Of a stretch of 64,000 bases of DNA, positions 54,889 to 64,000 are shown in pieces. The notes beneath the pieces were generated by a model that made no database searches, was not told the origin of the DNA, and worked only from the letters and a program-made list of their open reading frames with translations. Source of the DNA: Verrucomicrobiota bacterium (GTDB lineage Bacteria; Verrucomicrobiota; Verrucomicrobiia; Limisphaerales; SXQI01); contig JANRLX010000092.1 of the NCBI GenBank assembly GCA_033762115.1, positions 26,870 through 90,869 of the forward strand, in the 5' to 3' direction. Each line of letters opens with the position of its first letter. Position 1 is the first letter of the stretch. Position numbers and translations under genes: made by a program.

Positions 54889-56007
54889 CTAGGGATTGGG
54901 TTCGAAGAATTCGGTGTCGATGGCGGCAATGCGGCCGAGTGGGTCGAAGGTGTATTTGTGGAGAAGGGTGATACGTTCGAATTCGACGCGGTAGGAATCT
55001 GTGCGGTTGCTGTTGTCGGAATTGGTTGTGAGCAGGTGGAATGATTTGAATTGGCCGAGGGATTTTGTTTCGCTGGCAAAGTCAGTGGATTTTATGCGGG
55101 ACCAAAATTCAGAGGTGTAGTCCTCAGCCCGCACAGAGCCTTGCAAGAGGTTGCTGATGATTGTCTGGACGCGCAGGGCATGAGGAGAATGTTCCAGGGG
55201 CAAGGGAGTGAAGGTGTCCAGAGGAAGGCGTTGCATATTGAGAAGCAGGGGCTGAGGGGGTTGGGTGAGTTGTTGTTGAAGTTTCGGGATGTCGTAATAA
55301 TGAGGACCTTTTGCAAGTTCTGCGTGGAGGTTGAACCTGAATTCTTTCCGGCCAGGAACCGGGTAGATAAATAATTCACCGGAATGGAGGTCATATATAG
55401 TGGAGTATTTTGTGCCAAAGGTCCCTTTTTGCCGGCTGGATTTGAGGATTTTTAAGCCATTGTGAAGGGTGGGACGGGGTTGGGCAGGGAGGTTTTTTTG
55501 CAGGGTTTTGTAACCGTAGCCAAAGCCGCGGCATTGGTTGGATGTTTGGATGGTGAGTTTGCCATCGTGTGCGCCGATGATGACTGAGGCGCCGGATTTA
55601 TCAGCGATCATGATGCGGGCTTTATCAAAGGCTGGTTCTCGCCAGGCATGGTAAAAGGCGATTGCATCCTGAACGGTGCGACAGGTCTCAAGCATTCGTT
55701 CACCAGGATTGCCTCGCGTGGGTTTGAGATCAGGGCCTGGAGTCCATTGATCATCGAAGCCAGCAACCCAATCGTAAGCCAATCCTTCGGTATTCACGCC
55801 GCCCTGAGCCCAACCATCATTGAACCCAACGTAAGCGCAGCCGAAATAGTTGCTTCCAGCGGGAACGAACCAAAGACGGGTGTCGGGATTCGAGAAATCC
55901 TCGTTGTTGAAAAAGAGTGTTCGATTGGTGTCGGTGAGGATGAAAATGGTGCAGGCGCGGGAGAGTTGGGAAGACAGGAAAACAAGGATGAGCAGGAAGA
56001 ATTTCAT
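54889..56007 (-). CDS. Secreted Ntn-hydrolase (linear amide C-N hydrolase / choloylglycine hydrolase-like)
   Basis: Signal peptide MKFFLLILVFLSSQLSRA followed directly by nucleophile CT..., NNEDF, GGVNTEGL, LETCRTV.DAI and IADKSG. Confidence 0.8.
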   Translation of the reverse strand: MKFFLLILVFLSSQLSRACTIFILTDTNRTLFFNNEDFSNPDTRLWFVPAGSNYFGCAYVGFNDGWAQGGVNTEGLAYDWVAGFDDQWTPGPDLKPTRGNPGERMLETCRTVQDAIAFYHAWREPAFDKARIMIADKSGASVIIGAHDGKLTIQTSNQCRGFGYGYKTLQKNLPAQPRPTLHNGLKILKSSRQKGTFGTKYSTIYDLHSGELFIYPVPGRKEFRFNLHAELAKGPHYYDIPKLQQQLTQPPQPLLLNMQRLPLDTFTPLPLEHSPHALRVQTIISNLLQGSVRAEDYTSEFWSRIKSTDFASETKSLGQFKSFHLLTTNSDNSNRTDSYRVEFERITLLHKYTFDPLGRIAAIDTEFFEPNP

Positions 56008-56103
56008 TGTGCAAACGATTCGCATCCAGGCAGTCAAGTGGCTGTCCCTTTTGCAGGTGAACAATCCTCATTGAGAACACAGGAGGGATCAAAAAGTTTC
56101 AAA

Positions 56104-56841
56104 TCAGCGGGGAGGGGTGGATTGTGGGGTGGTGGGAAGTGGTTTTTTGGGGAGGACTTGGGTGGGGTTTGAGGGTGGCGTGGTGATGGTGGGAGGGGGA
56201 GAGCGGTGGCGGTCCATGTAGAGAACGATCCCGGCGCGGAGGAGGATTTTGAAGAGGAGGGCGGAGGTGTCCTGCCAGGTGCGGATGTTCTGCACGATTT
56301 CATGGTTGAGGTTGATTTTAATTTCCTGATTTTTTTGTGGAGATTTGAGGGAGATGAAGCGGATGGTGCCGACGGAGAGGTTCAGGGTGTCGATGCCGTT
56401 GAACTGGTTTGTCTGACTGGATTTGTTGCGGCGTCGTTTTTCCTCTTCAGCCTTGTTGATGGCGGCGACGAGGGAAAGGAGGTTGGTTTGACCGGCGTGG
56501 TTTTCGATGATGTTCAACTCGCGGAGGTTGAGCCGGAGCAGTTTGAATCGGACGGAGCCTTTTTCATCGAGAGAGTATTCGATGCGGAGGTCTGGGACGT
56601 GAAGAAGGGGGCCGCCGCCGAATTCAGCGCTGTTATAGAGGATGAAATTTTCAATGGTGAGGCTTGGCTGGGAGAGGGAGGTTTCGAGGCGACCGATGCT
56701 GACTTCGAGGCCGGTTTGCGCGCGAATCTGGGATTCGGTGATGGTTTTGAAGATGGTGTCTTTAAGGAGGAGCAAAGCCACGAGGAGTACGATCAGGAGG
56801 ATGAAGAGGCGAAAAGCCCAGCGAAAGATGAATTTAATCAC
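56104..56841 (-). CDS. AsmA-like membrane-anchored protein
   Basis: N-terminal TM, then ..TGLEVSIG...LTIENF beta-rich pattern; Pro/Thr-rich tail. Confidence 0.65.
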   Translation of the reverse strand: MIKFIFRWAFRLFILLIVLLVALLLLKDTIFKTITESQIRAQTGLEVSIGRLETSLSQPSLTIENFILYNSAEFGGGPLLHVPDLRIEYSLDEKGSVRFKLLRLNLRELNIIENHAGQTNLLSLVAAINKAEEEKRRRNKSSQTNQFNGIDTLNLSVGTIRFISLKSPQKNQEIKINLNHEIVQNIRTWQDTSALLFKILLRAGIVLYMDRHRSPPPTITTPPSNPTQVLPKKPLPTTPQSTPPR

Positions 56842-56843
56842 AT

Positions 56844-57440
56844 CTAAATGAGATCTTCAGGTTCGACTTCAAGGCATTCATCCTGGTCCTCCCAGATGAG
56901 CATGGGGTAATCATCGAGCATTTTGGGGCCGATTTGGGAGCCCGCTTCCTGGAGGAGGCCTTCTGCCAGGGTAGCGGCTTTTTCGAATTCCTGCTGGTAG
57001 TTCAGGACGGCCTGGCGCTGGCGTTCGTCCCAGTGGGCAACGGCGTGAATGGGGGCATATTGACGTGACCAGGCGTGGAGTTCGGCGCGGAGTTTTTCGG
57101 GAATGTCATCGAAAGGGACGGCGGTTTCACCGCAATGCTGGCAGATAAGGCCGGTTTCGGAAACATCGCGGGTGAGGAGCGGGACGAGAGGGGTGCGGCA
57201 GCAAGTGGATTCGGAAAATGCAGCGGGAGCTGTGGCGAGGCGTTTGAGCCAAATTTGCCGGGCATGACCGATCTGGGCGGCCAGGCGATAGGAGGTGACG
57301 AGAGGATGGGACATGCGAACGCAGCGACCGGAGAGCTGGCCGAGAGTCTGGGCCATCCAGCGAGCGAGTGTGAGGTCATCCATATCGCGGAAGACTTCGC
57401 TGTACTCGATCAATAATTTTTCGGTGGGAGAGTCGCTCAT
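56844..57440 (-). CDS. Hypothetical protein with a possible zinc ribbon
   Basis: 198-aa ORF co-oriented in an operon; CCRTPL...LICQHCG. Confidence 0.75.
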   Translation of the reverse strand: MSDSPTEKLLIEYSEVFRDMDDLTLARWMAQTLGQLSGRCVRMSHPLVTSYRLAAQIGHARQIWLKRLATAPAAFSESTCCRTPLVPLLTRDVSETGLICQHCGETAVPFDDIPEKLRAELHAWSRQYAPIHAVAHWDERQRQAVLNYQQEFEKAATLAEGLLQEAGSQIGPKMLDDYPMLIWEDQDECLEVEPEDLI

Positions 57441-57584
57441 GTCCCTGTCCAGACTGGTTTGTCTGGAAGGAAAATCAAAGTGGAAAATAAGGAAACGACG
57501 CTTTGCGGCAGCTTGAACGCAGGATGCACACGATGGATGACACCGGGCACGGGGAGGTGTTACCGTTTTCCGCGAGTGGAGAGA

Positions 57585-58760
57585 TTATTTAAGGGGCATG
57601 GGAAGGATGACGCGGATTTCGGTGCCGTGGCCTGATTCGGGGGGGAGGAGTTGAATGCTGCCGCCGGCGTTCTGAACGATCTGGTTGGCCAGGAATAGTC
57701 CGACGCCGTTGTGAGGCGAGCCTTTGGTGCTGAAGAATGCCTCAAAAACGCGTTCACGCAGTTCAGGGGGAATGCCGGGACCGTTGTCCACGATGTGAAT
57801 GCGGTTGTAAGGAGGGGAGGCGGTGACACGGAGGAGGATGGTGGGGTTTTGCATGCCAGTGACCGCTTCCATGGCGTTGTTGATGAGGTAAAGGATGGCG
57901 CGGGCGAGTTCGCTGGGAGAGCCTTCCCAATCGCAGGATTCGTCAAGATCGAGCTGGAAGGAAATTTTGTTCACGACAACCTGGAAATTGACCACGGTGG
58001 AGAGGTCTTCAACCAGGTGAGCGAGGGAAATGGTTTGGGTGTGTTTGCTGTTCTGGGCGATGAGCAGGAGGCTGCGAAGTTTCTGTCCGGCGCGTTGCAA
58101 ACTGCGGTCAATGATCTGCAAACGGTCCTGAACGCTTTGGCTCAGGTCTTCCTCCATGGCGAGGAGTTGGGCGCTGCCGAGGGCAGCTGCAAGGGGGTTG
58201 TTGATTTCATGGGCGAGGCTGGCGGCAAGCTGTCCAAGGGTTTTTTGCCAATGCTCGCTTAACATCCCCTGCTGGAGAGAACTGATGGTTTGCTGGAGTT
58301 CGAGGCGGCCCTTGAGTTGGTCCTGCAGGGATTTGACGCGGAGGGCTGATCGGGTGCGGGCGAGGAGTTCCGGTTGTTCGACGGGTTTGCTGAGGTAATC
58401 ATGCCCGCCAGCTTCAAGGCCGCGAACCTTGTCTTCGGTTTCGAATTTGGCGGTGAGAAAGAGGATGGGGATGTCGCGGGTGCGTTCTTCGGATTTGATG
58501 CGGCGACAGACTTCGAAGCCGTCCATCTGAGGCATCATGACATCCAGAATGATGATATCGACGTTTTCGCGGGCGAGGAGAGCGAGGGCCGTGGGGCCGT
58601 CGCTGGCAGTGAGGCATTCGTAGCCGGCGTTTTGAAGGCGGATTTGGAGCAGGCGCAAGGCGTCGCGCTGGTCATCCACCGCGAGGACGCGTGGTTTGCG
58701 GTCACTGGAGGTCATAGGCCTTGATTCAATGACAACCTCTCTGCTTTCCATAGTAAACAT
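57585..58760 (-). CDS. Hybrid response regulator-histidine kinase (REC, HisKA, HATPase)
   Basis: VLAVDD, ILDVMMP, LAHEINNPL, DNGPGI, FFSTK and GVGL. Alternative start 58715. Confidence 0.93.
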   Translation of the reverse strand: MFTMESREVVIESRPMTSSDRKPRVLAVDDQRDALRLLQIRLQNAGYECLTASDGPTALALLARENVDIIILDVMMPQMDGFEVCRRIKSEERTRDIPILFLTAKFETEDKVRGLEAGGHDYLSKPVEQPELLARTRSALRVKSLQDQLKGRLELQQTISSLQQGMLSEHWQKTLGQLAASLAHEINNPLAAALGSAQLLAMEEDLSQSVQDRLQIIDRSLQRAGQKLRSLLLIAQNSKHTQTISLAHLVEDLSTVVNFQVVVNKISFQLDLDESCDWEGSPSELARAILYLINNAMEAVTGMQNPTILLRVTASPPYNRIHIVDNGPGIPPELRERVFEAFFSTKGSPHNGVGLFLANQIVQNAGGSIQLLPPESGHGTEIRVILPMPLK

Positions 58761-58823
58761 TTCGTGGCACCTTCGGATTGGTTCTGCCTTAGCCGGTAGT
58801 ACTCTCCGACTTTAATAAATTCT

Positions 58824-59789
58824 ATGAATCATCTGCTTAGTCAACTGAAAGAGTTTAGTGTCATTGTTGCGGACACGGGCGATTTTGAAAGCATTCGCAA
58901 GTATCAACCACGTGATGCCACAACAAACCCCACGCTGTTACTGAAAGCGGCCGAGATGCCGGAATATGCCGGAATCGTTGACCGCGTTCTCGACGAAACG
59001 CGCAAGGAAGCCCCCCGGTCGAACCAGGCAGTGGAGACGGCCATGGACAAGCTTGCTGTCGCGTTTGGCATCGAAATTTTAAAAATCGTGCCTCACCGAG
59101 TATCGACAGAAGTGGATGCGCGCTTGAGCTTTAATTTTGAAGCGACGCTGGCGAAAGCCAGACACCTGATGGCTCTGTATGAAAAGGCGGGCATTCCCCG
59201 TGAACGAATCCTGATCAAGATTGCATCGACCTGGGAAGGGATCCAGGCAGCGAGGAAGTTGAAAAGTGAAGGGATCAACTGCAATCTGACTCTCCTTTTC
59301 TCGATGGCCCAGGCAATTGCCTGTGCGGAAGCGGGTGTGCAACTGATTTCGCCGTTCGTGGGACGAATCCTGGATTGGTATAAGAAGTCAACGGGCCGGG
59401 ACCAGTATCCGGCAGCGGAGGACCCGGGAGTGTTATCGGTGCGGGAGATTTACAGCTATTACAAGAAGTATGGGTATCAAACGGAGGTGATGGCGGCGAG
59501 TTTCCGCAATGCAGGTGAAATCCTGGAGCTGGCAGGATGCGATTTGATGACGATCAGCCCGACGCTGCTGGATGAGTTGCAAAAGACGCCAGGGCAGGTG
59601 ACGCGCAAGCTGAGCATGGAAACTGCCCGGGAGTTGAAGCTGGATAAAGTGTCGCTGGATGAGAGCAGTTTCCGCTGGATGTTGAATGAGAACCAGATGG
59701 CGACGGAGAAACTTTCAGAAGGGATCCGGGTATTTGCATCGGACACCCGGAAGCTGGAAGCTTATATGGGCAAGCGATTGCAGAGTTAA
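58824..59789 (+). CDS. tal: Transaldolase
   Basis: [34 protein letters not shown] and ISPFVGRI. Confidence 0.98.
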   Translation: MNHLLSQLKEFSVIVADTGDFESIRKYQPRDATTNPTLLLKAAEMPEYAGIVDRVLDETRKEAPRSNQAVETAMDKLAVAFGIEILKIVPHRVSTEVDARLSFNFEATLAKARHLMALYEKAGIPRERILIKIASTWEGIQAARKLKSEGINCNLTLLFSMAQAIACAEAGVQLISPFVGRILDWYKKSTGRDQYPAAEDPGVLSVREIYSYYKKYGYQTEVMAASFRNAGEILELAGCDLMTISPTLLDELQKTPGQVTRKLSMETARELKLDKVSLDESSFRWMLNENQMATEKLSEGIRVFASDTRKLEAYMGKRLQS

Positions 59790-59871
59790 GCGGCGAGAGT
59801 TTGTGAATGTAAATAGTGTCATGCAGGAATTGTGATGACGAAACGGTGGAGGATGGCGTAATCCTGTTCGC

Positions 59872-60477
59872 GTGATCACGTTTCTGCATGGAAAGCTGGC
59901 TGAGGCGCTGCCAACCCAGGTGGTGGTGGAGGTGGGAGGAATCGGGTATGAAGTGCTGATTCCGCTCTCCTCGTTTGACAAGCTTCCTGCAATTGGCGGG
60001 GAGATCCGCATTCTGACGCACCTGGCCATTCGGGAGGATGCACATGTTCTCTATGGGTTCATGACGGCGCAGGAGCGGGAGTTGTTCCGTTTATTGATCA
60101 ATCACGTGAGCGGGATAGGCCCGAAGATCGCGTTGAATGTCCTGAGCGGGATGAATGTGGTGGCGTTTCGAGGGGCGGTGGCAAACGGGGATGTAAAGTC
60201 ACTTTCACAAATTTCGGGAGTGGGGAAGAAAACCGCGGAACGAATTGTGGTTGAATTGAAGGACAAATTTGGCGCGGCAGGGGCCCTGGAAGCCACGAGC
60301 GCGACGCGAGCGCTGACAGCTGATGAACAGAAGATCAACGATGCGGTGCTGGCGTTGATGGCATTGGGATTCAAGCAGGTGGAGGCGCATGATTCAGTGA
60401 GGGCGGCCCTTCAAAAATTGGGGCCGGACACTGGAGTTGAAGCACTGGTGCGCGCCAGCCTGAAGAAAGTTGCTTGA
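59872..60477 (+). CDS. ruvA: Holliday junction branch migration protein RuvA
   Basis: GIGYEV, REDAHVLYGF, VSGIGPKIAL and GVGKKTAERIVVELKDK. Confidence 0.98.
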   Translation: MITFLHGKLAEALPTQVVVEVGGIGYEVLIPLSSFDKLPAIGGEIRILTHLAIREDAHVLYGFMTAQERELFRLLINHVSGIGPKIALNVLSGMNVVAFRGAVANGDVKSLSQISGVGKKTAERIVVELKDKFGAAGALEATSATRALTADEQKINDAVLALMALGFKQVEAHDSVRAALQKLGPDTGVEALVRASLKKVA

Positions 60478-61157
60478 GCCAGGTTCCTCAAAGCAGGGCT
60501 GTTTCCGGGATTGTGTCACCGCACCATCTTAATTGGAAACAACGGCTGATCGCACGAATCGCCTACGGGATCGCCCGTGGGATCATGATGACGTGGCGAT
60601 TGAAAATTTCTGATGCGAAAGTTCCCGCCAAAGGAGAGGGGCCGTTCATTTATTGTCTGTGGCACAACCGGCTGGCGATGGCACCGCGAGGAGCGGATTA
60701 TGTGCGGTCCAAACGGGGAGGGGAGCAGATTTACGCGCTGATCAGCGCGAGCAAGGATGGGGGATGGCTGGCGGCGCTGGTGGAGATGTTTGGATTGAAG
60801 CCGATCCGCGGTTCGTCAAGCCGACGAGGGCGGCAGGCGTTGCTGGAGTTAACCGGTGTAATCCGCAGCGGCCACAGTGTGGCGATCACGCCGGATGGCC
60901 CGCGGGGCCCCAGGTATGAGATCCAGGATGGAGTTGTGGCCCTGGCGCAATTGACGGGGAAGCCAATTGTCCCGATTGCGTTCAATATTCGCGGGAAATT
61001 TGAGTTGAGCAGCTGGGACCGGTTTCAAATTCCATATCCCTTTGCGATTTGCGAAGCATTTTTCAAGGAGCCGATCCATGTTCCGCGTGAATTAACCGGT
61101 GAGAATCGCGCGATTTTGAAAGAGCAAATCAAGCAGGCGATGCTTCACAATGGATGA
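60474..61157 (+). CDS. DUF374 / lysophospholipid acyltransferase family protein
   Basis: LWHNRL, ISASKDG, IRGSSSRRG, ITPDGPRGP and SWDRFQIPYPF. Confidence 0.9.
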   Translation: MSQVPQSRAVSGIVSPHHLNWKQRLIARIAYGIARGIMMTWRLKISDAKVPAKGEGPFIYCLWHNRLAMAPRGADYVRSKRGGEQIYALISASKDGGWLAALVEMFGLKPIRGSSSRRGRQALLELTGVIRSGHSVAITPDGPRGPRYEIQDGVVALAQLTGKPIVPIAFNIRGKFELSSWDRFQIPYPFAICEAFFKEPIHVPRELTGENRAILKEQIKQAMLHNG

Positions 61158-61326
61158 GTTATAAACGCTCCCCTATAGGGGTTATCTTACTGAGGAGATA
61201 ATCAGGGTTGCCCCACGATGCCAAAGGTCAGGGCAGGAGGTAATTTGGTCCAACGATGCAAATGGCTCGGGAAAATAGGGAAGAAGGGAATGCCAGGACA
61301 GCATCGAACAAATAGAGGAGGAAAGT

Positions 61327-61488
61327 ATGTTAAGTTGGACCATAACGCTGTTGATCATCGCATTGATTGCGGCATTGCTTGGTTTTACCGGAATCGCAGG
61401 GGCTGCAGCAGGGATCGCGAAAATTCTTTTCGCAGTGTTCCTGGTGTTATTTGTGGTTTCGTTGCTGTTCGGGCGCAAACGAGTATAA
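61327..61488 (+). CDS. DUF1328 (YtjA-like) small membrane protein, 53 aa
   Basis: Below the ORF-track cutoff. [53 protein letters not shown], with SD GAGGAGG upstream. Confidence 0.93.
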   Translation: MLSWTITLLIIALIAALLGFTGIAGAAAGIAKILFAVFLVLFVVSLLFGRKRV

Positions 61489-61564
61489 CCGGCCCAATCG
61501 CTACTACTTTTTCAGTTGCTGGAAAAGGAAGTAAAGTGGGGACAAGGGTGAAGCAGATCATGCT

Positions 61565-62866
61565 TCACCCGATTTTTTTGGAATCAGGGGTGACTTTTTT
61601 AAAGAGGACTTTTGAATTACGACCGCTCTGTTCGTATTTCTCCCGCCGTGATGGAGGAAGCAGATCGGGGGAGCCTTCGTTGAACCCTGCCTTGGATTGA
61701 AAATAGCTGAAGGCCTGTGTTGAAAGAGTGATCAATTCGTCGAGCCCCAGTTCACGGGCCTTGTCCTCAATAAAGGCGATCAATTTGCGGCCAATGCCCT
61801 GGTTTTCATGGGATGCCTTGACATAAAGGCAGGCCAGCTCGCCTTTGTTTGTCTCGGGATAAATGTGAAGGGCAACGCAGGCCACCGGGTTGCGATCAAT
61901 CTCGTAAAGATAGTAATCATTAATTTGTTTTTCGAGGACGGTGCGGGTCCGTTTGACCAGTTCATCTGTTGCCACGGAGTTTTTCGTGAGTTGCAGAATG
62001 GCACGAATGTCCTTTTTCAAGGCTCTGCGAATCTGCTCGTATTCATTGGCATAGATCAACGTCCCGATCCCTTCATTGGAGAAGACTTCCGCAAGCAATC
62101 CTTCCTCGACACGGCCATTGATGACATGAACGCGGGGAACTCCCGCTGTGCAGGCGGCTACTGCATGGACAGCCTTGGAGTACATTTCAGGGGCTATTTC
62201 GTTTTTGTTTTTTGCCAGGAGGGTTTCCAGTTCCGCCACCACCATTTGGCGGATGAGTGTTCCCCCACGATAAAATCCATCCTGGGTGGTGACAAAAATC
62301 AGTTTGATGGCTTTCAATGCAGCCGCGACGCCAACAGCAATCGCGTCCGAATTGACGCGGTAGGTACGTCCTTCCCCATCAAAGCCCAAAGGTGGGATGA
62401 CCGGGATGATCCCCTGGGTGAGAAGAATCTGGAGCATTTCGGTATCTATGCGTTCGACCTTGCCAGTATACAAATGGTCCACTCCCTGAAGGATTCCCAT
62501 GGGGTGAGCGACAATGGCATTGGTGCTGACAGCGCGGAGATCGTTGGCGGCAAGGCCTTCCAGGATTTCGTGGGTCAATCGGTTGGCGGCGGTGAGGGCG
62601 AGTTGCAAGGTGTCAGCATCGGTGACGCCGGTCCCATCAAGGTCGGAGGGATTAACCTGTTGTTGTTCGCCCAGTGAACGGATCTGGGCGGAGGCACCGT
62701 GAACCAGGACGATGCGGATGTTCAGGGAGCGAAGGACTGCGGTATCGAGGAGGAGATTGGAAAAGTTTTCCTGGGTGACAATTCCGCCATCGACACTGAG
62801 GACGAAAACTTTTTCCCGGAAACGGGGAATGTACTGGAGAATGCCTCTTAAATCGGTGAATTTCAG
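61565..62866 (-). CDS. argA: Amino-acid N-acetyltransferase (kinase-like domain plus GNAT), 433 aa, inferred CTG start
   Basis: The frame is open 86 codons upstream of the track start: (L)KFTDLRGILQYIPRFREKVFVLSVDG...IVLVHGA. Downstream motifs are GVDHLYTGKV, LLAEVFSNEGIGT, ELACLYV and SGRNSKV. Confidence 0.9.
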   Translation of the reverse strand: MKFTDLRGILQYIPRFREKVFVLSVDGGIVTQENFSNLLLDTAVLRSLNIRIVLVHGASAQIRSLGEQQQVNPSDLDGTGVTDADTLQLALTAANRLTHEILEGLAANDLRAVSTNAIVAHPMGILQGVDHLYTGKVERIDTEMLQILLTQGIIPVIPPLGFDGEGRTYRVNSDAIAVGVAAALKAIKLIFVTTQDGFYRGGTLIRQMVVAELETLLAKNKNEIAPEMYSKAVHAVAACTAGVPRVHVINGRVEEGLLAEVFSNEGIGTLIYANEYEQIRRALKKDIRAILQLTKNSVATDELVKRTRTVLEKQINDYYLYEIDRNPVACVALHIYPETNKGELACLYVKASHENQGIGRKLIAFIEDKARELGLDELITLSTQAFSYFQSKAGFNEGSPDLLPPSRREKYEQSGRNSKVLFKKVTPDSKKIG

Positions 62867-62875
62867 AAATCCTCC

Positions 62876-64000
62876 TTACGCAGCCTTGTTGGCGAGGGTC
62901 TCGGTTTCAAGAATTTTCCTGAGGGCCTCGATACAGCGGGCGTTTTCAGCAGGTGTCCCGACAGAGACCCGGATCCATTCGGGAAGGTCGTAGCCGCCCA
63001 TGGGACGAGTGATGATGCCCAGTTTTTGCAATTCAGTGAAAACCTTGATGCCGTTGCCGACCCGCACCAGGACAAAATTTGCTGAAGAGGGAACATAATC
63101 GAGTCCCATTTCATTGAAGGTCTGGTGAAAGAGGTGGAGTCCCTGGGCATTGTTGGTGCGCGTGCGACGAATATGCTCATGGTCGAACAAGGCAGCGAGC
63201 GCGCCTGCCTGAACGAGGGAGTTGATGTTAAAGGGCTGGCGAACTTTTTCGAGTGTGGCGATCAGTTCAGGATGACCGATCCCATAACCGAGACGGAGAC
63301 CTGCAAGACCGTGAATTTTTGAGAAGGTGCGGAGGAGAATCAGGTTGGGCTTGAATCCAAGCCGTACCAGCGGAAGCAAGTCGACGGGGTCATCGAGGAA
63401 TTCGATATAGGCTTCATCCATGGCGAGGAGGACGTGATTGGGAATTTCGTTCAGAAATTTGACGAGGTCGGCGCGTGAGGCCAGCGTGCCGGTGGGATTG
63501 TTCGGATTGGCGACGAAGAGCAGGGTGGTCTCCGGAGTGATCGCATCCAGCATGGCAAAAAGATCGTGGCCGTAGTTCCGGGCAGGAACGGTGATGACCT
63601 CGGCGCCAAACATTTTGGCGATGATCGGGTAGATGGCGAAACAATATTGTGACACGACGATGTTCGTGCGGGGCTTCATGCAGGCATGGCCAAGGAATTC
63701 GATGATCTCATTCGAGCCGTTGCCCAGGATGAGGTGGGTGGGTTCAACGCCCAGCCGCTCAGCAAGTTTTTGCTTGAGGTAGAAAGCACTGCCATCGGGG
63801 TAAAGGTGCAACTGGGAGACTGCCTGCTGGATGGCTGCGATGGCAGCGGGGGAGGGGCCAAGCGGATTTTCGTTCGAGGCCAGCTTGATGATCTCGCGGA
63901 CAGGAAGGCCGTGCTCCCGCGCCACCTCTTCAATAGGCCGCCCTGGTTGATAGGTGGGGAGGTGATCGAGCGATCGATTGGTCAAGAATGGCAATCCCAT
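62876..64000 (-). CDS. hisC: Histidinol-phosphate aminotransferase (start at the window edge)
   Basis: YQPGRP, IKLASNENPLG, GNGSNE, NPNNPTG, DEAY and RTFSKIHGLAGLRLG. Confidence 0.96.
   Translation of the reverse strand: MGLPFLTNRSLDHLPTYQPGRPIEEVAREHGLPVREIIKLASNENPLGPSPAAIAAIQQAVSQLHLYPDGSAFYLKQKLAERLGVEPTHLILGNGSNEIIEFLGHACMKPRTNIVVSQYCFAIYPIIAKMFGAEVITVPARNYGHDLFAMLDAITPETTLLFVANPNNPTGTLASRADLVKFLNEIPNHVLLAMDEAYIEFLDDPVDLLPLVRLGFKPNLILLRTFSKIHGLAGLRLGYGIGHPELIATLEKVRQPFNINSLVQAGALAALFDHEHIRRTRTNNAQGLHLFHQTFNEMGLDYVPSSANFVLVRVGNGIKVFTELQKLGIITRPMGGYDLPEWIRVSVGTPAENARCIEALRKILETETLANKAA

Noticed and set aside
61565..64000. HisC-ArgA read-through fusion (same frame, single TAA)
   Set aside because: TAA is the least leaky stop and forms part of a strong SD; separate initiation at CTG is simpler.

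Overview
Chromosomal segment of a bacterium that is most likely in the Verrucomicrobiota (Pedosphaera/Limisphaera-like, subdivision 3). This is inferred from the PVC-type EF-Tu effector loop, two giant PVC-type CxxCH dehydrogenase-like proteins and the C-terminal tail of a secreted lectin. The window holds the core tRNA-Thr-tuf-tRNA-Trp-tRNA-Ser-secE-nusG-rplKAJL-rpoBC cluster and housekeeping genes (parB, def, uppS, purA, cysteine desulfurase, moaA, tal, ruvA, argA, hisC). It has five tRNAs, a small polysaccharide-type cluster and one MITE-like element; I saw no CRISPR array, rRNA, transposase or integrase. Best leads: (1) a compact, translationally coupled KS/CLF-like/KR/ACP/flavin-halogenase cluster at 35.4-39.9 kb; (2) an orphan Mpa/ARC proteasome-type ATPase with no GQYL tail; (3) a promoter-proximal attenuator candidate before purA; (4) argA starting at a CTG in frame behind the hisC stop; (5) a MobA-ABC ATPase fusion; (6) tRNA-Ser abutting secE through an AUG-AUA-UGA mini-ORF; (7) 10-bp-phased GTGGG arrays next to the MITE at 54.1-54.9 kb; (8) local G/C strand-skew domains that ignore gene orientation. 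All calls come from reading motifs; no database searches were run.
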